Positions 56,411 through 64,000 of a stretch of DNA of 64,000 bases are shown here, in pieces (the stretch's first letter is position 1; each line of letters opens with the position of its first letter). Origin of the DNA: Octopus vulgaris. Its lineage: Eukaryota. The translations under genes were made by a program, and so were the position numbers. The DNA lies in contig OX597819.1 in the NCBI GenBank assembly GCA_951406725.2, positions 118,482,001 to 118,546,000 on the forward strand, in the 5' to 3' direction. Below the pieces are notes generated by a model, which saw nothing but the letters and a program-made list of their open reading frames with translations, had not been told where the DNA came from and ran no database searches.

Positions 56411-57746
56411 TGTGTGCGTTGACGTTTTAGTATACGTCAGTTCTTGTGCAGTTGTGATTGAAAAAAAGAACACCTTCTTATATATGTTACATATATTACT
56501 GTGAAATATAAACTTAATTATTAGTATTCTGTAAAGTAATTCTCAGGAAAAATCTCTCTTTCGCCTACATTGGAATGGGACACGAATTTCGCTAGTTCAT
56601 ATATAACGCTTCTTTTGTATTTCCGATATAAATTTACATAATCCTCTTTGACTTTCTATTTTGATATTCGTATGAATACGCTATGAAATGATCTCCTTCT
56701 GTTGATCATCAAACTGGGACAGAGGCGCTGTAACAGAAATATTCTCACAGACCAATTTTTAAGAACTCATCAGTTATACACAATTTGCCCAATATTCTTA
56801 TGCATTCATTCTATTGACGCGTAATTAACAAGTGAAATCTTTGCTATGTATTTGTTGCAACTATTTACGAATTGCCTAAAATTTATCTTTATAATAACAA
56901 TATGTAAGTAGAATGAACTATGACATATTCGGAAATCGCTACAGCTTATTTAAGCTATTAACGCCCCAATATCGAATGAATGATTTAATCCATTTCTGTA
57001 TCATGAAAAATTGATTTCTGTTCGAAGTATATCGAAGAAAAAGTTACACGTCTCCTTTACTATTTCCCTAAATATATACATCTTAGGCCTTTTAAAGAAA
57101 TCAATAAAACTTTTATACACATATACGTCTTTCTTCGGATTTTCATCGATGAATACTTCTATAATATTAACGAGGACAGGAGACGACTGCTTCGATAAGA
57201 TTTAGTCAAAAAAATTGAGAAGATAATAATTTAGATTCCGTCACTAGATTCCTATATTATTAATGGCCAATATTTTATGTTTTCAATTTATTATTATATC
57301 TTGTCGACTTAAAAATACGTATTATGTGTAATACTAGCAAAGTGTGTGATTAATGTCTCCTTATATAATGCAATAATTTATCGCTTACGGAGAATATTTA
57401 AAACTTTTTTCTAAAATCCCCGTAGAATCTAACTAGCAGCTTACATTTATGTTTATAACAGAATATATAAACTATCAGAAATATATATATGAATATGTAG
57501 AAATATGTGCAAACATTGATTTTGTTTAAGCTTATATACGCGACAATCTCTACTTATCTTTGTATATGCTTCGCCTAACACTACTACATGACTTTTCTCT
57601 ATTTTTAGCGAAACTTATAGATGCAGACATTGAGAACAAAATACTAGATTCAGAATAACTTCTACTCAGCAATGGCGCAGGCCTTGAAAACTATAATAAT
57701 TGTTGCTTTTTCGTCTATAGAGTCGAATATTAGTAGCAAGTCAACT

Positions 57747-57895
57747 TTTATCTTTTACTTGTTTCTGTAACAAGACTGAGACCATACTGGGGCAAATCGT
57801 TGAAGAAGTTTAGTCAAACAAATCGACCCTAGCATTTATGTTCGTTTACGGCTGGTCTTAATTCTATCGATCTCTTCTGTCGAAACGCTAACTTT
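57747..57895 (-). mobile_element. Diverged SINE family A tail remnant
   Basis: TCTTTTACTTGTTTC...TTTAGTCAAACAAATCGACCC...GTCGAAACGCTAA. Confidence 0.6.
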
Positions 57896-58119
57896 CGATG
57901 TATATCTATGAATTACAAACGTACCTGGCTTTGGTCGAAGTCACAGTCTAACAGGTAGTTACCTTATATCAAGCGATATAAATTAAGTATGGATTTATAG
58001 ATAGTAGGTGTTGATGTGCTAAATATCCACTTCTATTAATGTCGTACCCTGAATCTAATACTTACTCCGTTCTTTTATTACTTATATGTACACAGCGAAA
58101 GGGTTTCGAAAATTTACTA

Positions 58120-58885
58120 GCAAGAGTGGCTGTGTGGTAAGTAGCTTGCTTACCAACCATATGGTTCCGGGTTCAGGCCCACTGCGCGGCACCTTGGGCA
58201 ATTGTCTTCTACAGCTTCAGGCGACCAAAGCCTTGTGAGTGGATTTGGTAGACGAAACCTGAAAGAAGCCCGGCGTATACATGTATATGAATACTCTTTA
58301 CTCTTTACTCTTTTACTTGTTTCAGTCATTTGACTGCGGCCATGCTGGAGCACCGCCTTTAGTCGAGCAAATCGACCCCAGGACTTATTCTTTGTAAGAA
58401 TAGTACTTATTCTATCAGTCTCTCTTTTGCCGAACCGCTAAGTTACGGAGGATATAAACACACCAGCATCAGTTGTCAAGCAATACTAGTGGGACAAACA
58501 CAGACACACAAAACACGAGAGGCTTCTTTCAGTTTTCGTCTACCAAATCCACTCACAAGGCTTTGGTCAGCCCGAGGCTATAGTAGAAGACACTTGCCCA
58601 AGATGCCACGAAGTGGGACTGAACCCGGAACCATGTGGTTGGTAAGCAAGCTACTTACCACACAGCCACTCCTACGCCTGAATATATATATATGTGTGTG
58701 TTTGTCTCCTCTAACATCTCTTGACATACGATGGTGGTGTGTTTACGTCCCGTAACATAGCGGTTCGGCAAAAAGTGACTGATAGAGTAAGTACTAGACT
58801 TACAGAGAATAAGTCCTGGGGTTGATTTGCTCAATTAAAAGGAGGTGATCCAGCATGGCCGCAGTCAAATGGCTGAAACCAAAAA
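58120..58885 (+). mobile_element. SINE family A (outer copy), split by a nested insertion
   Basis: Head at 58120-58285; tail resumes at 58685-58885. Confidence 0.88.
58294..58679 (-). mobile_element. SINE family A (inner copy), antisense, in the outer copy's internal microsatellite
   Basis: Complete head-to-tail copy flanked by a (T)GAATA duplication. Confidence 0.9.
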
Positions 58886-60065
58886 AGAAAAAGAAAGAAT
58901 AGAAATGTAACAATAGATGAAAAATATTTGAAATGCACAGCGCAAACCATTCTTCAGAATCCCAATTTTGTTGATGGCATTTGCCTAAAATATATTACTA
59001 TCTTTTATAAACTGAACTATGAATACATAAATTAATTTGTTTTTAATGTACCGTAAAAAAATTTGTGCAATTCGATGGGGCATTATTGTATTTATATAAG
59101 TTTATCTCGCACTGATGAGACAATAACATCACTGGTGATTTATATCTATGAGATTGCTCATTGTTTACTTGTATTTCTGGTGACGATAGTTATTCAGAAA
59201 ACCTCTTGTAGAACGTACGCTATCTGTCATTTTTATTGCAACGCAAAGGTTAAGCGGGTTTTCGCTAGGTCACTTTTCTAATTAGCCCAAGTCCTAGAAA
59301 TTATACAGTATTTCTGCAGTGTTTAACTCAATGTATTATCCGATATTGAATCTAATAATTAACGTATTAGAGCATTATTTATTGATTATGCTCTCCTTTG
59401 CTTTTCCTTTTATTACGCTACAGCAATAAAAAATTTCCTGCGAATGAAAACAAAAACAAAAAAAATATGTATACGTAAATATATAACGAAAGCGCGTCCA
59501 CACACGCCCACACACACAACAACGCACATGCACATTCATATGCTGAAAAATACGGATGGGTTGTGTTTTGCTGAGTCTATGTGTATCTAGATAAATAAAT
59601 ATAATTAATGTCTTTTTATTTAGGATTTGCTATCTCAATTATATTTCGCTCTCCTTCACAGCATTGGGTATAAAGAGTAAACAGCTTTTTAAATAAGTCA
59701 CATCATGTTTAAATATTGCAAATACAAAGTGTCTATTGTGTGTTGCTCTCTATCAATTATGACGACGATTTTAGAATAGCTATCTCTACTGTCAAAATAT
59801 TTAATTTTTTCCGCGTCATTTTCTTTCTAAATTCCCTCTTGGTAAACACCATTATACAATTGTATTATTTAAGTTGGTTTATTTTAACTGAAAGTGAAGA
59901 CTAACGTTCTTTCAATTTACCCATCTGTATATGTCTGGCAATCAGTAGATACATTTTTGTACCATCATCAAACTGACAACTATTAACCTCAAAACGAAGA
60001 CCAACTTACTGGAAATTTACCCGCACATATACACATCGGAAAGGCAGCATATATATTATTATATA

Positions 60066-60449
60066 CTAGCACTATGACTCGGTAACGCCGGGTCATAGTG
60101 CTAGTGCATGCATATACAACTGCGTGCATGCGCACATACACGCGACTAGTATCCAAATCTCCGACCAGTCACATACAGTTAGCTGGCATTCAATTGGCGT
60201 ATCAAGTTTCGGGCATTTTGATTGGGTTTTGGATAGAAAATTCCCAAAGGAGTAACTTCTATTGATTTCTTAATGGCTTTGCGGGGTGACTGGGGAAATG
60301 TAAAGATGTGCACGACCACCCTTGGACGGTTTTAAATGACGATAGAAAGTGCGGGCCCTCTAACTGAAGAATTGTGGATTTGTATAAAGGACACGCACAT
60401 ACACAGATACACACACACACAGACATATTGTCGTTTATATATAAAGAGA
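60066..60449 (-). mobile_element. Non-autonomous Helitron, family H1
   Basis: A|TC start at 60449; 3' palindrome ACTAGCACTATGAC...GTCATAGTGCTAGT ending CTAG|T. Confidence 0.85.
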
Positions 60450-61740
60450 TTATTACTCCTATGGAAAGTATTACCCGCAGCTGAAAAGTTTTATGACCAC
60501 AACCATAACAAGCAGTTGCTCAGTCGATATTTGAGTTGTTTGACATCCATCGCCAGAGGAATAAGTTCAACTTCTATATTATTATTTATGCTACATTTTC
60601 ATAAGTTTCCCCTTCGATCGTCTTCAGGTTCACTGTTTTGAGACTATAAACATGAAAGATGGGGTTAAATGTCCATAAACTCAAATGACTGTAAATAAGA
60701 TATTAATCGCTGAATCTGATCTTCCATATTTTATTTCTTTCTTCTTTCCTTTCATCTTTGAAGTCTATTCTTAGAACATAAGATATTTGATATATTTTAC
60801 GCCGAGTTTATTCTTCTAGGGTTTCTCATCACTTTGAACTATGTTATTAATTTGCTTTTAGTTTCTATAATTCTTATGCTGATCATCTCTCCCTCCCTAC
60901 ACTCCTCTCTCTTCCTCTCTCCCCCTCTTCCTTACTCACTTTCCATTGAACACTACTCTAACAATATTAGTTACAGCGTTAATTCAAAAGCTTACTTCTT
61001 TTCGTTCTAGTTAATTCATAATTTAAAACTTCCCGGTTTCTTGTTACACTGTGTTCATAATTCGTTTCTTACTTAACACTAGGTTTCAGTTATTTGGAAT
61101 AAACTTCAATAACGGTACAGTGTTTCACTTCATAAAGATATGACACAGTTTATAATAATGTCGACCAAATCTTCCGAATATAAAATATTTTGTAATCTAT
61201 CAAGACAAAAGACCTCCATCATGGTTACAAACAACGTTTTCTTGTACGATTAAACAATTGTTATTAACCTGAATAATATTACAAGAGAAAAATCAGTCAT
61301 CCTGGAGTGATAATTCACAATTTTCGGGTCAGTTACTAAGGAAATGGATCTCCAACAAAGGAACAAAGAATGAAATACCAATAAGTAGTGCTATATTTGA
61401 AATGTGTTAAAACGGTTACGCTACATTTTCCTTATTTATACGGAGACTGTACCAACAAAGAAATCAGTATGCCTGCCATCACTTGAAGTGCTAAAAAATG
61501 CTGTCAAATGCTCCGACACATTTAACAATACTGAATTAATAGGGAAAGCGATATAATGGACAATCTCTTCTAAAATAAAACTGAATTGTGGCGGAAGGAA
61601 TGTGTTTAAGCATAGTTCATCTCTATTCTAACTTAACGTCTTACATATATTCTTTAAATTTATAACACAAGCCTTCTGTAGTTTTTTTACCCTTTTTTTT
61701 TATACATCCAACCACGTGCTTTCACGAACCAACTCTCTCA

Positions 61741-61809
<69 letters not shown>

Positions 61810-61813
<4 letters not shown>

Positions 61814-62010
61814 GGAAAGTTTACGAAAATAAACAAAAGACATAGGCAGGTGGTGTACAAACAAACAAATGTATTAGTATAGCACTCAGGAATAGAAAAA
61901 TCATTTTACGTTTCGAGGCTACGCTCTTCTACAGAAAGGAACGCAGAAAGAAACAAGAAGAGAAACAAGGAGAGAGAACAATGCGTTTATTAGCTAACGA
62001 TCTATCATAT
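61810..62010 (-). mobile_element. (TA)n-embedded Penelope-like terminal-repeat fragment with a hammerhead-like motif
   Basis: Minus strand TTT-CTGTAGA-A-GAG(CGTAGC)CTC-GAAACGTA-AAA at 61904-61937. Confidence 0.5.
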
Positions 62011-62049
62011 ATATACCTATATCTGTATACATATCTATCTATCTATCTA

Positions 62050-62102
<53 letters not shown>

Positions 62103-62417
62103 GTATGCATGTAAATAATTACACAAGTAGAAACACAGACACAAGTACACACACACACACACAAATATATATCTCGAATGTGCTTCTGCTTTAAAGCTCT
62201 GGTCATGCTGGAGTACCACTGTTTGCAGTGCTGCACCATAACTTTAAATCTCCTCTGAAATGTAGCATTTTGTGAATAAAGGAATTTGTTGCCACCTCAC
62301 ACACACACACACGCGCGCACACAAACACACACACACACACACACGCACACATATTTCAGGCGCACATATATTAAGTTGGACCTATTAATATAAATATATA
62401 TATATTTGTACATAAAA

Positions 62418-62805
62418 GGAGGCGCAATGGCCCAGTGGTTAGGGCAGCGGACTCGCGGTCATAGGATCGCGGTTTCGATTCCCAGACCGGGCGTTGTGAG
62501 TGTTTGTTGAGCGAAAACATCTAAAGCTCCACGACGCTCCGGCAGGGGATGGTGGTGATCCCTGCTGTACTCTTTCACCACAACTTTCTCTCACTCTTAC
62601 TTCCTGTTTCTGTTGTGCCTCTGTTTCAAGGGGCCGGCCTTGTAACTCTCTGTGTCACGCTGGATATCCCCCGAGAACTACGTTAAGGGTACACGTGTCT
62701 GTGGAGTGCTCAGCCACTTACACGTTAATTTCACGAGCAGGCTGTTCCGTTGATTCGGATCAACCGGAACCCTCATCGTCGTAACCGACGGAGTGCTTCC
62801 TCCTA
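62418..62805 (+). mobile_element. SINE family C, full length with TSD
   Basis: A and B boxes, complete body, 9-bp TSD TACATAAAA (62409-62417, 62806-62814). Confidence 0.95.
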
Positions 62806-63102
62806 TACATAAAAAGACATCATCTGTCAATCTCCAACCTTTGCTTTCTCTTCTTTTGAATATATTTAATATATTTGATATATCTAATTTATCAGCATAA
62901 TTGCCTATAAGTTGCCCATCTGCATACAAACACATAATCTCTCAAATTGAATTTCATTTAATGATTAATGTAATACACAATATCGAAAGAAACTTAGCCC
63001 ATAAAATCAGACAGACAGAAAGACAAATATACGCACATGAGCACTTATATACCTCAACCAATATTCATACGCACATACGCACATGTCTCTGTCTCCAGTT
63101 CA

Positions 63103-63113
<11 letters not shown>

Positions 63114-63201
<88 letters not shown>
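63114..63201. repeat. (AAT)n tract, read as the (ATT)n tail of the adjacent LINE
   Basis: Abuts the LINE 3' UTR. Confidence 0.9.
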
Positions 63202-64000
63202 TGTGTACAGTGCTCAGGTGCACTACAACTCATCTAAAGTGTATATATAATCAGGTGTAGTTTCGACGGATTTCGGGAAGCATGAGGGCCTTAAAGGATG
63301 CAGTGTCATGACAGTCAACAACTGATGCAGGCAGTTTATTCCACGCTTCAGCAACCCTGAGCGTGAAAAAATGTTTCCGAAAGTCATGGGAGCTGTGCTG
63401 TTTTCTGACTTTGTAGGCATGTCCACGTGTGTTAGACACATGGAGATCAAAAAGGTGTTCAGTGTTGTTGTTGGTGAGGTGGTTGATAACCTTGTGGGTG
63501 TTTACCAAGTCCGTCGCCAGACTCCGGAGCTTCAGTGAATCCATGCCCAGGGAAACAAGGCGCTCAGAATATAGTAGGTGTCTGATGGAGGGTATGCGTT
63601 TGTTGCACGTCTCTGGACAGATTCCAGGAGGTCAATGTTCTGAGCAAGATAGGGATTCCAAACTGATGATGCGAATTCCAAGTGTGGTCGTACCATAGCT
63701 GTATACAGTTTTAAATAGATGGCTGGAGAGCGGCTAACAAAAGTCTTGCTGAGTGATGCCAAGACACCCTCGGCCTTCTTGACAATTTTAGAGATATGCT
63801 TTGTCCAACGCAAATCACTGCTGACAGTGATGCCTAGGTCACGCTCGCAAGTGGATTTCTTGATATCAGTGTTGTGGAGGGAGTATGTGGACGCAGGGTT
63901 TTTTCTCCCAAAATGCATGGTGGTACACTTGTCCACAGCCAGTTTCAGTTGCCAGTCTGTGATCCATTGCTGCATTGTGTCCAGGTCTGATTGCAGGAAA
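63202..64000 (-). mobile_element. CR1-clade LINE, 3' end of ORF2 (RT thumb and C-terminal region) plus short 3' UTR; continues beyond the window
   Basis: LQSDLDTMQQW..WQLKLAVDKC, ERDLG, LYTAMVRPHLEFASSVWNP, LESVQRRAT, TRGH and FFTLRVAEAWNKLP; single frameshift near 63600; stop at 63251. Confidence 0.95.

Noticed and set aside
62418-62492. tRNA-Arg-like sequence as a tRNA gene
   Set aside because: It continues into a SINE body with a TSD, occurs in multiple copies and lacks a proper acceptor stem

Overview
AT-rich, microsatellite-dense eukaryotic DNA that looks intronic or intergenic. The recurring tRNA-derived SINE families match those I recognise from Octopus genomes, so the taxon is an inference. 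Almost all ORFs in the track are artefacts of (TA)n, (CA)n and (AAT)n repeats. Real content includes about 20 SINE copies in three families and CR1-clade and RTE-clade LINE pieces. One near-intact CR1 3' end runs off the window end. DNA-type elements are a full-length but decayed mariner, several mariner remnants and MITEs, four or five non-autonomous Helitrons, and an 887-bp MITE with 24-bp TIRs and an 8-bp TSD. There is also a 1.18-kb solo LTR with a 4-bp TSD. Two signals are not explained by these elements. First, small microsatellite-embedded inserts carry hammerhead ribozyme motifs: a clear type I hammerhead at 36103-36171, a U3-A8 core variant at 53977-54031 and several degenerate ones, consistent with Penelope-like or retrozyme-type elements. 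Second, two candidate in-frame short exons (51 and 39 nt, + strand) splice into a peptide resembling the start of an Ig domain. All calls were made by eye; no searches were run.
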